This document shows, piece by piece, positions 13,470 through 27,029 of a stretch of 64,000 nt of DNA (its first letter is position 1; every line of letters starts with the position of its first letter). Both the position numbers and the translations under genes were made by a program. The stretch is from the NCBI RefSeq assembly GCF_963921235.1, contig NC_086107.1, positions 107,014,001 through 107,078,000 of the forward strand. The letters run 5' to 3'. The DNA comes from Mobula hypostoma. Taxonomy: Eukaryota. Below the pieces are notes generated by a model, which was not told the origin of the DNA, did no database searches, and was given only the letters and a program-made list of their open reading frames with translations.

Positions 13470-13885
13470 AGGGATACTTCATCCCAAATTTTTATGTTCC
13501 ATCTGGGTAGCCTCCAACCTGATTGCATGAATATTGATCTCTCCTTCTGGTAAAAAAATGCCTCCCTCCCCTTCCCCTCTTACCCACTCTGGCCTCTTGT
13601 CCACTTCTCACCTGCCTATCACTTCCCCCGGTACCCCTCCTCCTTCCCTTTCTTCTCTCCCATCAGATTCCTTTTTCTCCAGCCTTTTTTCTTTCCACCC
13701 ACCTGGCATCACCTATCACTTTCTAGCTGCCCTCCTTCCCCTCCTCCCATTTTTTTATTCCGGCCTTTTCCCCCTTCCTTTTCAGTACTGAGAAAAAGGA
13801 ACTCGGTCCAAATCGTCGACTGTTTATTCATTTCCATAGATGCTGCCTGATCTGCTGAGATCCCTCAGCATTTTATGTGAGTTGC
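13470..13885 (+). mobile_element. PLE GIY-YIG end and pLTR fragment
   Basis: F.LGSLQPD.MNID-like coding remnant followed by the same pyrimidine-rich body and end as 37560-37910. Confidence 0.7.
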
Positions 13886-14030
13886 TTTTTATACTCAGTG
13901 CCCTTGACTGATGAAGGCCAGTGTACCAAAAGACTTCTTCACCTCCCTGTCTCTCTGTGACATCATTTTCAGGGAATCATGTGCTTGTACTCCTATGTCC
14001 TTCTTTTCTACAACAGTCCCCAGGTTCCGA

Positions 14031-14557
14031 CAGTCCACTGTGAAAATCCTACACTTCTCTGTTCTACACTCTCCACATTCCTACAGTCCATTGTGACAAT
14101 CCTACACTCCCCTGTTCCACAACACTCTCCACATTCCTACAGTCCACTGTGACAATCCTACACTCCCCTGTTCCACAACACTCTCCACATTCCTACAGTC
14201 CACTGTGACAATCCTACACTCCCCTGTTCCACAACACTCTCCACATTCCTACAGTCCACTGTGACAATCCTACACTCTCCTGTTCCACAACACTCTCCAC
14301 ATTCCTACAGTCCACTGTGACAATCCTACACTCCCCTGTTCCACAACACTCTCCACATTCCTACAGTCCACTGTGACAATCCTACACTCTCCTGTTCCAC
14401 AACACTCTCCACATTCCTACAGTCCACTGTGACAATCCTACACTCCCCTGTTCCACAACACTCTCCACATTCCTACAGTCCACTGTGACAATCCTACACT
14501 CTCCTGTTCCACAACACTCTCCACATTCCTACAGTCCACTGTGAAAATCCTACACTC
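14031..14557. repeat. 56-bp minisatellite, ~9.4 units, inside a minus-strand CR1 fragment (~13890-14720)
   Basis: Unit cagtccactgtgacaatcctacactc(c/t)cctgttccacaacactctccacattccta; unit starts at 14084, 14140, 14196 ... 14532. Confidence 0.95.
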
Positions 14558-15516
14558 AGTTGTCTTCCCAAAAATAGAAAAATTTACGCCCATTCAAATT
14601 AAACTCTGATCGCCATTTCTCAGCCCACTAACCCAGCTGATCAAGATCCCTCCATAAATCCTGAAAACCATCTTCACTAACAATGGCAGCACCAATTTTA
14701 GTGTTGGCTCTAAATCCAAATCGTTTAAAGAACCATAATCTTGAGGACCATAGCCTGAGATCTGCTATGTAGCATTGAGACCAAGGGAGAAAAGGCGACT
14801 TTCTGTGTAATGGTTCCAATGGGTGAATGGAAGTGCTTTCACTACACAGATTGTAGCAGTTTCCTACCACCTTCTCAAGAGGCAATTAGGGATGTGCTTT
14901 AACTTAAGGATTGCCCAAATCCAGAGAATAAGTTACAAAAAATTCACTGGACTTTTTAAATCAGTGATTGTCAGCACTCTCATGAACCAATCAGATTTCT
15001 TCATGCAGCTAAATATCAGTCGGCAGTAAGCTGTATATTCTGGATATGTAAAATATTTAAACGTTGTGATGTAAAATGCCAGTTCAGAATTATGCGCAAC
15101 CACACCCTGTACTGGTTTCCTACCTTGTTCAGTGCTGAAGCACCTTGCCGTCATATTATTTTCCCCTTATGCTGGATTCACCTCCTGGTACTCCTTCCCT
15201 GATTATTCGGGCTAGCAGATGTAGTTGTGCCCATTTTCATCATCAACACTGAACTCCCAGCCAGTGAAAAAATGGCAACTTTGGCCATTCGCAAATGCTT
15301 GCATAGTCTACCAGTCAAAAATTCTCTCCCCGGTTCTGATGAAAGCTCCCAGACTTGAAACATATCACTGATCCTCTGAGAGTTTTCAACATGTTCTGCC
15401 AGAGGTCAGAATCAGAGTCAGGTTTAACATCACTGGCATATATTGTGAAATTTCTTGCTCTGTGACAGCAATGCACTGCAATATCTAATGATAAAAAAAA
15501 CCTTAAAAATGTTAAA

Positions 15517-16072
15517 GGAGACTGAGGTGCTTAAACATCTGCCGGACGATGCTGAGGATGTTCTACAAATCTGTGGTGGCCAGTGCTATCATGTTTGCTG
15601 TTGTGTGCTGGGGCAGTGTGCTGAGGGTAGCAGACACCAAAAGAATCAACAAACTCATTTGTAAGGCCAGTGATGTTGTGGGGACGGAACTGGACTCTCT
15701 GACGGTGGTGTCTGAAAAGAGGATGCTGTCTAAGTTGCATGCCATCTTGGACAATGTCTCCCATCCACTACATAATGTACTGGGTGGGCACAGGAGTACA
15801 TTCAGCCAGAGACTCATTCCACCGAGATGCAACACAGAGCGTCATAGGAAGTCATTCCTGCCTGTGGCCATCAAACTTTACAACTCCTCCCTTGGAGGGT
15901 CAGACACCCTGAGCCAATAGGCTGGTCCTGGACTTATTTCATAATTTACTGGCATAACTTACATATTACTATTTAACTATTTATTGTTCTATTACTATTT
16001 ATTATTTATGGTGCAGCTGTAATGAAAACCAATTTCCCCAGGGATCAATAAAGTATGACTATGACTATGACT
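15517..16072 (+). mobile_element. Rex1/Babar-type LINE 3' fragment (young subfamily)
   Basis: ORF 15549..15920 near-identical to 41531..41893; (atgact)n tail. Confidence 0.9.
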
Positions 16073-16077
16073 AAATA

Positions 16078-16378
16078 TGGTGGGCAGGTGGAGACGCATC
16101 TCTACCAAAGGAGGTGTAAGGTGCTCCATTCCTCTGCTAGCCTGCAGGTCACCTCACCCCCCAATCAGGGTCACATGAAGGCTGGTGCATATCACATTAT
16201 GTGACCATTGATGCCGGGCAGACAATCTCTGAGGAGTATTGATAATGGCTTGTAAAGGCACTGCCCAGAAGAAGGCAATGGCAAGCCACTTTTTTTGAAA
16301 AATTTGCCGAGACAATTGCGGTCATGGAAAGACCGTGATTGCCCACAGCATACAACATGGCACATCATGAACAAATGA
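16078..16378 (+). mobile_element. RTE-related short element (family A), internally deleted
   Basis: tctctaccaaaggaggtgtaagg head and aggcaatggcaa.ccac...aatttgcc tail. Confidence 0.6.
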
Positions 16379-17169
16379 TAAATTACAGTAAGAAAAATAT
16401 ATTACGAAATTAAATAAAATTAGTAGAGCAAAAAGAAAGCAAAAAAAAAGTGATGTAAAGTTCATGGTTCATTGTCCGTTTGCAAATCTGATGGCAGAGG
16501 GGAAGAAGCTGTTCTTTGAGTGTATGTCTTCAGGCTCCTGTATCTCCTCCTTGATGTAGAAGTGAGAGGAGAGCATGTCCTGGGTGATTGGGGTGCTTAG
16601 TGAAAGATGCTGTCTTTTTGAGCTCCCCACTTTGTGTGCGGGGACAGCCTGGCACCATCCGTTTGTTGGGTTTATTCCCTTCCAGCTTTCTCAGCTGGAA
16701 TCTTGCATAGCACGTGCCTCGAACATAATCAGTACGGGATAAAAGGGAGTGAGGGAAGTAGTAGAAAGATTAGATTAAAGATTAGCTTTAGAAGATTAGT
16801 ATTTGTCACACGCACATCGAAACAAACAGTGAAATGCTTCGTTCATGATAAAGGACAGCACAGTCCGAGGATGCGCTGGGGGCAGACCGCAAGTGTCGCC
16901 AAGCTTCCAGCGCCAACATAGCATGCCCACAAGTTACTAACCCTAACCCTCTTTGAAAAGCACCTGGAGGAAACATAGTGATTAAGGGGAGAACGTATAC
17001 AGGCAGCGGCAGAATTGAACCCAGACCACGAAAGCATTATGCTAACTGCCACGCCACCACGAAGGGTGGGGGTGAAGAAGAGCTGAACATAGCACTGGAT
17101 GCACTCTATATATTGCTTTTTATTCTACCCACGTTACTGCTACCTAGTCTCAGTTATTTCTCTCCTACC

Positions 17170-17208
17170 CAGCTCTGATGAAGGATCCCTGATTTGAAAC
17201 ATCAGCTG
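17170..17208 (+). ncRNA. Minimal type I hammerhead ribozyme motif
   Basis: cagct-CTGATGA-a-ggatccctgattt-GAAAC-ATC-agctg; helix I covaries (cagct/agctg) relative to the cagtc/gactg copies. Confidence 0.6.
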
Positions 17209-18129
17209 TTTTCCTCTCCACAGATGCTGCCCGACTGCTGAGTGTTTCCAGCATTTTCCATTATCTGTTTTTATATCAGGTTAGCTCAGTATTTTTTATC
17301 CTACCCGTATACATCTGATTTGTTAGGCAGGTCCTTCCATCAACAACGCACGAGACAGACCAAGAAGTTTAATGCGATTGTAACTGCCACTATTAAGCCA
17401 TATTGACTCATCCTATCGCAGACATTCCCTTTGTTCTACTCCTCCGCCCCTCCACACCTTCTCTCCTACTGAAGACGAACTTGCGTCTCTCCCTTTCCCA
17501 GCTTTGATGAGGGCTTGCAGAGCCAAAGCGTTGGCTGTTTCTTTTTCTAAAGATGTTGCCTGACCAGCATTTTGTGGTTTGTATCATTGACAGAAACCTG
17601 AGATGCAAGGAAGGCCCAACACTCTCTGCTAATGTTCTATCTGGCACTCTGACAGACGCGATCAGTCTTGTGAACTGCTGCCTAATTGAAACATTGACAT
17701 ATTGACAGTCTCACACTCACATTGATAGATCATTCCACATGCCGCACTCGGGCATAAACCCACACTCAATTATTTTTCTGGCCTGACATGCTCAAGGACC
17801 AACACATCACTCATTCCCTGACACTCCCAGTGCCACATGTGAATTGCCTCTCTGTTAGGTCGACTTCTACGTTCGAATACTTCAAAGACTTACATTCAGG
17901 ATTGTTTAATATAATTTCTGATACACAAGTGTAAAAGAGAATAAAGTAATCGTTACTCTGAATCTGATGCAGTGAAAATAAAGCAATAAAATAAGGAACA
18001 GAATAGTAAAAGTAACCACAATAAATATAAATACGTAAAATAGCTTATATACAGAGATTGATTGTATGCCCATAAAGTGACGCTAGGCACAGGAGCGTCT
18101 GTGCATAAGGTGACAGACAGGAAATGATA

Positions 18130-18335
18130 AAGTTCATCATGGGGTGAAGGGGTGGGTTAGTGGGTGGAGGTGTCGATCAGTCTTGCTGCTTGGGGAGAGT
18201 AACTGTTCTTGAGTCTGGTAGTCCTGATGGATGCGATCATGCCTCGTCCCTGATGGGAGTGGGACAAGCAGTCCGTGAGCAGGATGGGCGGGATTCTTCA
18301 TGGTATTGCTGGCCTTTGCCCGGCACTTTTCCGTA
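18130..18335 (-). mobile_element. Rex1-type 3' fragment
   Basis: ORF 18137..18340 KAS..MKNPAHPAHGL..PLPSG. Confidence 0.7.
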
Positions 18336-18339
18336 TTCA

Positions 18340-19080
18340 CCTGAACACATAGTTATGAGCATCGATACATGCACACACAAGCTGCCTGTGCACACACACA
18401 AGCATGGATACATTACACATACATATGGGCGTATACATGCATATATATGCTATCAGACTGATCAACACCTCCTCCTGCTACCATCACAACATACATATCA
18501 CCTAGCATCATGTTAGGTACATACAATCAGTCTATGTACAGTATATAACAGCTATTCGTACATTGTGTTTTATAGGATTACTTTCAAATTGATATTTATT
18601 GAGTTTTTAATGTGTTTTTGTTTATTGTATTTTTATGCTGCATTGGATCTGGAGTAACAATCGTTTCGTTCTCCTTTACTGAAGAATGGCAATAAGCAAT
18701 CCTAAATCTGGAATTTGTGGGCTATAAGCATGCACGGGTGTGCATATCCACACACGTGTCCATAAATTTGCGCACTCATACAAAATTGCTCAGGCAAACA
18801 AAAGTGATGTGTGTGGACACACACAAGCATACACACACAGCCATGCACATTTGCAAGTCCATGCATGCATGTACATGCATATGTGCATGCATGCACCTAC
18901 CAAGCGAATACACACACAGAAACATGTTCACGGTCCTGATTTACACACGTACATTGATCAACATATACACATACTCATGCAAACACACGTGACCTATCCA
19001 TATACATGCAGACTAGTATATGTGCATACATCTATAAAAGTATTCAATTGCACATGCTTAAGTATGCACATAGATTTGCT
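18340..19080. repeat. Degenerate alternating purine-pyrimidine (CA/TA/TG) low-complexity tract
   Basis: Dense acac/atat/gcat sequence, with a short TE-derived interruption at ~18460-18710. Confidence 0.8.
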
Positions 19081-19089
19081 CGGGCCACT

Positions 19090-22000
19090 GGGGAAGGTTT
19101 TAAAATAATTTCGCAAGAGGATGGCACCTGGAAGGATGGGGCAGTTGATATATACAAGTAGATGGTAGTGTGTAATGAGAGTGTGAGGAAGGACAGGGAG
19201 GTGATAGGGCAGAATTGCAGTCAGTTGGACGAGCTGAAGTGGAACATGGGGGTAAAATGAAAAAGGGAGATGAATACAGGACTGAAGGTGTTATATTTGA
19301 ATGCATGCAGTATATGGAACAAGGTAGGTCTTGTAGTGCAGTTAGAGATTGGCAGGTATGATGTTGTAGGCATCACTGAGTTGTGGCTGAAAGATCATAG
19401 TTGGGAGCTTTATGTAAAAGTTTGTTTTCAGTAGGAGAGAAGGTGTGGGGAGGGAGGAGTAGAGCAAAGGGAATGTCTGCAATAGGACAAGTCAAGGATA
19501 CACATTGTAGTGAAAGGACAGGCAGGTAGGTAGAGGGGGTGGGCTGGCTCTTTTGGTAAAAATAATGAAATCAAATCCTTAGAAAGAGGTGGCATTGGAT
19601 TGGATGATATCGAATCCTTATGCATAGAGTTAAGAAACAGCAAGGGTAACCCTGCTGGGAGTTACATACAGGCCTCTGAACAGTAGCCAGGATGTGGGAT
19701 ATAAATTACAATGGGAGTAAGAAAATGCACGTCAAAAGGGCAATGTCACGATAGTCATGGGGGGGTGGGGTTTCAATATGCAGGTAGATTGGAATATATT
19801 TTTTGATGCTGGATCCAAAAAGAGGGAATTCGTAGAGTGTCTATGAGATTTTTTTTTTAAGAGAAGCTTGTGGTTGATCCCACTAGGGGAAAAGCAATTA
19901 TAGTTTGGGTGTTGTGTAATCAGCCTCGTTTGATTAGGAAGCTTAAGGTAAAAGGACCCTTAGGAGACTGATCATAATGTGAAAGAATTCGCCCTGTAGT
20001 TTGAGAGGGAGAAGATAAAGTCAGACGAGTCAGTATCAGGGTGGAGTAAAGAAAATTATAGAGGCATGAGAGAGGAGCTGGCCAAAGTTGATTGGACATT
20101 AGCCGAAATCATGGTAGAACAGCAATGGCTGGATCAATTCAGAAGATGCAGGATAGATGCATCCCAAAGATGAAGAATTATTCTAAAGTGAAGATGAGGT
20201 AATTCTCCTGACAAAGGAAGTCAAAGTCAGCATTAAAGGAAAAGAAAGGGAATGTAATATAGCCAAAATTAGTGGGAAGTTAGATTAGGAAGCTTTTAAA
20301 AACCAAGAAAAGGCAAATAAAAAAGCAACACAAGTAGAGAGAAGATGAAATATGAAGGGAAGATAGCCAATAATATAAAAGAGGATACAAAAAGCTTTTA
20401 CAGATATATAAAGAGTGAAAGAGAGGCAAGAATGGATATCGGACTGCTGGAAAATGACACTAGAAAGGTAGTAGTATGAGATAAAGAAATGACAGATGAA
20501 ATTAATAAGTATTTTGTGTCAATCTTCACCAAGGAAGACAATAGCAAAATGCCGGAAGTTTGAGAGTGTCAGGGAGCAGAAGTGAGTGCAGTTGCTATTA
20601 CTAGGGAGAAGGTGCTTGGGTAGCGGAAAGGTCTGAAAGTGGATAAGTCACTTGCACCAGATGGGCTACACCCCAGGGTTCTCAAAGAGGTGGCTGAAGA
20701 GATTGTGGAGGTATTAGTAATGGTCTTTCAAGAACCACTGGAATCTGGAATGGTTCCAGAGGTCTGGAAAATTACAAGTGTCACTCTGCTCTCTAAGAAG
20801 GGAGGGAGGCAGAAGAAAGGAAATTGGCCAGTTAGCCTGACTTCAGTGGTTGGGAAGATGTTGGAGACCATTATTAAGAATGAGGTATTGGAGTATTTGG
20901 AGGCACATGATAAAATACACAAAGTTAGCACGGTTGCCTTAAAGGGAAATCTTGCCTGACAAATCTGTTGCAATTCTTTGATGGAATAACAGGCAGGATA
21001 GGCAAAGGAGAATTGGTTGATGTTGCTTACTTAGATTTTCAGAAGGCCTTTGACAAGGTGCTGCACATGAGGCTGCTTAACAAGATAGAAGCGCATGGTA
21101 TTACCTGTACTGGAAAAATACCAGCATGTATAGAAAATTGTCTGACTGGCAGGAGGCAAAGAGTAGGAATAAAGGGAGCCTTTTCTAGTTGGCCGCCAGT
21201 GACTAATGGTGTTCTGCAGGGTTCATCGTTGGGTCTCCTGCTTGTCATGTTATATATCAATGATTTGGATGATGGAATTGATGCCTTTGTGGCCAAGCTT
21301 GTGGATGATACGAAGATAGTGGAGGGGCAGGTAGTGTTGAGGAAGCAAGGGGTCTGCAGAATGACTTAGACAGATTGGAGGAATGGGAAAACATGGGACA
21401 GATGGGATATAGTGCCTGGTTATGCACCTTGGTAGAAGGAATAAAGGCATAGACTTTGTCCTAAATGGGGAGTAAATTCAAAAATCAGAGATGCAAGGAG
21501 ACTTGTGAATGCTTGTACAGGATTCCCTGAAGGTTAACTTCCAGGTTGAGTCGGTGGTAAGGAAAGCAAATGCAATGTTAGCATTCATTTAAAGAGGGCT
21601 CGAATATAAGAGCAAGGACGTAATGGTCCCGTTATAGGCACTGGTCAGAACCTACTTGGAGCATCGTGAGCAGTTCTGGGCCCTCTATCGAAGCAAAGGT
21701 GTGCTGGCATTGGAGGGGATCCGGGGAGGTTCAGGAGAACGATTCCGGGAATGAAAGGGTTAATGTATGAGGAGTGTTTATTGGCTCTGGGCCTGAACTC
21801 ACTGGAATTCAGAAGAATGAGGGGGAAATCTATTGAACATTGAAAGAGTGGATATACAATAGAGAGGATGTTTCCTATAGTGGGCGAGTCTAGGACCAAA
21901 GGACACTGCCTCAGAATTGAGGGATGTCTATTCAGAACAGAGATGATGAGGAATTTCTTTAGCCAGAGGGTAGTAAATTTGTGGAATTTATTGTCACAAA

Positions 22001-22185
22001 CGGCTGCAGAGGCCAAGTTATTGGGTATAGTTAAAGCAGAGGTTGATAGGTTCTTGATTATTAAGGTTGCCAAAAGCTACAGGACAAAAGCAGGACAGTA
22101 GTGTTGGGAGGGATAAAAAAGCAGCCATGATGGAACGGAGGAGCAGATGACGGGCTGAATGGCCTGATTCTGCCCCTAGGTATTA
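19090..22185 (+). mobile_element. Long degenerate CR1 LINE covering most of ORF2 (APE endonuclease + RT) and the 3' UTR
   Basis: LKVLYLNACSI...YDVVGITELWLK near 19280-19392; ORFs 20639, 20968 and 21868 carry RT and C-terminal motifs; many stops. Confidence 0.9.
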
Positions 22186-22413
22186 CAGTCTCATACATGA
22201 ACACAGATCCAGTATACACATGCATGCATAGGTAGGCACACATATGTCCATGTATATGAAGGCCAAATGCACATGCATCTGCACACTCCTACGCTCTTGA
22301 GTCTCCATATATTCATACACACATATGTGTGCAATTGCACAAATATATGAACACAAGTACATATATATGAACTGACACATAAATACTCATATACGGGATA
22401 AGCACATAATTAT

Positions 22414-22416
<3 letters not shown>

Positions 22417-22463
<47 letters not shown>
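22417..22463. repeat. (CA)n microsatellite
   Basis: Pure ac repeat ~120 bp downstream of the exon 3 donor; reads (UG)n in the pre-mRNA. Confidence 0.98.
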
Positions 22464-22466
<3 letters not shown>

Positions 22467-22482
22467 CATTATCGCATATTCA

Positions 22483-22812
<330 letters not shown>

Positions 22813-24779
22813 TTAGGGAGGAACAGAATATCCAAGTTGGACAATGGAGCGGTGAGTATCACATGGACAATGAGAGAAAGAATCAGGGACATATAACAGA
22901 GAAAGAGTGAGAAAGTATAGATAAACAGTAAAAAGGGGATATGAAGCTGAAAGTAAAAATGAAAATCAAGAAATGCTGAGAGATTTTGTATTCAATTAAA
23001 AGCCTTGAACAGTCTACCAAGTTCGGGATACAGAACGGTTATAGGCCCTTACTACCCAACGAGCCTTTGCTGCCCAGTTACACCCATGTGACCAATTAGC
23101 CTGCTAACTGGTATGTCTTTGGAGGAAACTAGAGCACCCAGGAGAAACCAGTGCGGTCACGGGAGGGAGGGGGGACATGTACAGACTCCTTGCAGACAGC
23201 AGTGGGAATTGAACTGGCAGAGTAATAGTGTTGTGCTAACCACTATGCATTGTATCCTCCCCTCTTTCAACTGCAATATTTATTGAATAAGGTGGTCAAA
23301 ATTAGAAAGAATAGACCCCTGTCCTGTTGAAAGGCTATTGCCTTGAAAGGGTAACACTCACTCTCTGTTTCTATACAGACCTGGTCAAAACTGCCGAGTA
23401 CTGACTGAAAGTTTTCTTTTACCTCTGGGTTTCCAGCATCTGCGGTATTTTGGTTTTGACACCTTTCCCTCACTTTACTCCACTTTATCCAGTCTTCCCA
23501 GGAGTTTGGACAAATAACCACTAGTTGGGACTGAGCACTGGATGGCAGGGCAAAGAGTAAGGGATGGACTGTTCAGGAATGTGATAATTGTCATGAGCCC
23601 TGCCGGCCTGTGCACCTGTAGTTGTTAATTACTGTCTCATCTAGAATCATTAATCCCTTGTGCTTCCCGTTTAATTGTGTGAAGTCTATTTTGACTGGCA
23701 TGGGTTTTCTGCGCACTGTGATTATTTAAAAAGGACTCCTGGTTAATGCTTATTGCAGGGTCTTTGTTTCTCAAGAATGTTCCATCTCGTGGTGTTGCTC
23801 GGTCGAGCCACCAATGTTCTGATGGAATTTCTATGTATAAACATTTGTTTCCGTCTCTAAACAGGAGTCTGTTATTCTTCCACACCTGGGTTCAGTCATT
23901 ACCAGCACGCACCGTGATAGATAATGGTAGTAAACTGGGAAGACTCCGTCCTGGAGCTTATAGATGTAGAGCCATTGAGTACATCAGAGGGAATGGGAGA
24001 CCAGCTGGGAAAGTGGGCAAGGTTCGGGATCCAGTATGATCTTTTGGAATGATGGAAAACACCTGAGAGGACACGGGGTCACAAAGAGTCACCTCCTGCT
24101 CTGATCATTAACTAATGAGCACAAATTCCCTTTTGTTACTCACCTGCTATGGGCAAGATACAGCAATCAATTAACCTTCTTATTCTGGCTTCTGTCCCTT
24201 CCATTTCCAGTCCTGGTGAAGGGTAATGGCCCAATACATCGGCTGTTTATTCCCCTCCATAGATGCTGCCTGACTCGCTGAGTTCCTCCAGCATTTTGTG
24301 TGTGCGGTGCTTTAGATTTCCAGCTTCTGCACAATCTCTTGTGCACCAACTAACCTACGACCATACTGCTCTCCTCTGGGATGTGGGAGGAAACCAGAGA
24401 GCACCTGGGAGGAATCCACACAAACGGAGAACATGCGAACTCCACACAGATAGTATAAGAGGCCAGGATTGAACTTGGATCCCCAGTGCTATGGGGCAGC
24501 ACCTCTACCAAACTCATCACTGTGCTTCCCCCCCCCCCACAAGGTCTCCTCCTGCCTTTGTAGCCACGTGCTCCTGTGCAACGACCCGCAGAGGATTAAG
24601 GAGCAGGGATTTTATTTGTATCTTTATTCAGAGATTCAGCACATTAATCGGCCCTTCAGCCTAGCAAGCCTGTGCTGCCTGCTTACCAATTAACCTACTA
24701 ACTTGTACGTCCTTGGAGTGTGGAAGGAAAGAGGAGAACTTGAAGTAAACCCACATGGTTAAGGGGAGAGTATACAACC

Positions 24780-24950
24780 TGATATTGTGGTGTTAGCCAA
24801 ACCTGGCAATTGGCTTGCAGATGTTTCATCTCCAGTCGAGGTGACGTCCTCAGTGCGCAGTTGCTGGTGTTTCCCAAAACACCAAACTCAGTGAAAACCG
24901 CAACATGAAATGCCTCAACCTGAGTTACCGATATTCGCCACCATCCTAAA
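24780..24950 (-). mobile_element. Second PLE-family pLTR fragment with hammerhead motif, inserted in a minus-strand SINE (~24610-25035)
   Basis: Minus strand gca-CTGAGGA-c-gtcacc-tcgact-ggagat-GAAAC-ATC-tgc; SINE halves on both sides. Confidence 0.6.
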
Positions 24951-25361
24951 TATTCAATCCCCTGACAGACAATGGCAGGAATTGAACGCAGGTTGGTGAT
25001 ATGGTAGTAACGTTACGCTACTGTGCTGGGAGGTGAGGCCGGATTTAGTTGTAAAAGTAAACGTTATAAACTCGCACTTCTGATGCGGAGCGCCACGTGG
25101 TAGTTGTGCCCATGGTGACATCACACAGCACCCAGGGATGGAACCTCCCGTGGGATAGACCGATCTCCAAGCTGGGATCAGGGATTTCAAGAGGCTAACT
25201 TACCGGGGCGGAGCAGTATTACTGACTGCGTGTAGAGGTGAGCTGGTAGGGTTTCTCCCACCCTTTGTGAGTGCTGGAAATGGAAACTGGCTGGGGTTGG
25301 ACATCAGCAGGGCTGAGCACGGTCCTCAGTCCTGAATGCAGAGTGGGCCATCCAGAGCAGT

Positions 25362-25733
25362 AAGACAATAGACAATAGGTGCAGGATTAGGTCATTCGGC
25401 CCTTCGAGCCAGCACCACCATTCACAGTGATCATGGCTGATCATCCACAATCAGTACCCTTTTCCTGCTTTCTCCCCATATCCCTTGACTCCACTATCTT
25501 TAAGAGCTCTATCTAACTCTTTCTTGAAAGAATCCAGAGAATTGGCCTCCACTGCCCTCTGAGACAGAGCATTCCACAGAACCACAACCCTCTGTGTGAA
25601 AAAGTTTTTCCTCAACTCCGTTCCAAATTGTCTACCCCTTATTCTTAAACTGTGGCCTCTGGTTCTGGACTCCCCCAACATCGGGAACATGTTTCCTGCC
25701 TCTAGCGTGTCCAATCCCTTAATAATCTTATAT
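25362..25733 (-). mobile_element. CR1 3' fragment
   Basis: ORF 25451..25714 MFPMLGESRTRGHSL..FFTQRVV.LWNAL. Confidence 0.9.
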
Positions 25734-25973
25734 GGTAAGGTAACAGTCTACCCATGCTCGGTTCATGTTCCGTTGGAAGGAATGAGTCAAAGGTGTACTA
25801 AGTGAGTATTACAGTATTAAAAGGATCTAATAAGGTGGATAAAGAGAAACATTTTCCTCTGTTGAGGTTGAGGGTAATCTGATTAGGAACTTATATCAAT
25901 ATGGGAGCCTGGGCAGTTCTGGGTGATGTCAAAAGGCTCTCAAAGCAGGAGGAATGGAGTGGAAATCTAGAAC

Positions 25974-26236
25974 ACAAAATAATCTGCAGATGCTGGGATC
26001 AAAGCAATACTCACAACATGCTGGAGGAACTCAGCAGGTTGGGCAGCATCCGTGGAAACCCACACCCTGCACTGCTCGGTTTTACTTCCTCCCCAAGATA
26101 CACAAGCCTGACTGTCCCAGTAGACCCATAGTTTCTGCCTGTTCCTGTCCCACCGAACTGGTATCTCCCTACCTGGACTCCATTTTGTCACCTTGGAGAG
26201 GAGGTAAAACCGGGCGGTGCGGGGTGTGGGTTTCCA
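25974..26236. mobile_element. Rearranged PLE insertion (pLTR end + RT fragment + inverted copy) with 14-bp TSD
   Basis: ARFYFLPKIHKPDCPSRPIVS (Penelope RT N-terminal motif); direct repeat tggaaatctagaac at 25960-25973 and 26237-26250. Confidence 0.85.
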
Positions 26237-27029
26237 TGGAAATCTAGAACTTCCTCCCCCCGGAAAGGTAATATACATCCTGATTTCATCGATTTGCGGC
26301 ACCAGCTTTCACTGATCGGGGTTCAATTCCCGATGCTGCCCGTAAGGAGTTTGCACGTTCTCCCTGTGAATGCGTGGGTTTTCTCCGGGTGCTCTGGTTT
26401 CCTCCCACAGTCCAAAGTTAGGAATAGCACGTTGTGCATTGCTGTGTGGGGCAGGAGCGCGTGGTCACTTGCAGGCTGCCTAGTTTAATCTATGCTGATT
26501 CGATTTGATGCAGAATGACGCATTTCACGGTATGTTTCGACGTACGTGTGTCAAATAAAGTCAACGAAGCTATTCTTTAAGGCTTATTTTTATCATCAGG
26601 TCATTAACAAGGAAGGAAGTGTACTCAGGGATCCCGGGTGAACTGAGCTGGGGGTGCTGATCAGCGAAGAGGAGGTTGAATAGCAGAACAAGCTGGCACA
26701 GACCGATGGCCGCCTGTTTCTGTGTGTGTATTCTGTAGGCCTTCAATGCTGTAATGCAGTAAAAATTGCTAATCATTCCCACATAGAACAGTACAGGCCC
26801 TTCAGCCCACAATGTTGTCCTGACCCTTTGGCCTACTCTAAGATCAATCTAACCCTTCCCTCCTACATAGCCCTCCATTTTTCTATCATCCGTGTGCCTT
26901 TATAAGAGTCTGTTGAATATCCCTAAGGTATCTGCCTCTATCACCACCCATGGAGGTGTATTGTGCACTGACCCTTCCCTCCCCACATAGCCCTTCAGTT
27001 TTCTTTCATCCATGTGCTTATAATATCAT

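Noticed and set aside
14031..14557. CRISPR-like regular array
   Set aside because: Head-to-tail identical units without unique spacers, in eukaryotic context with no cas genes; the same applies to 34250-34720 and 61602-62158.
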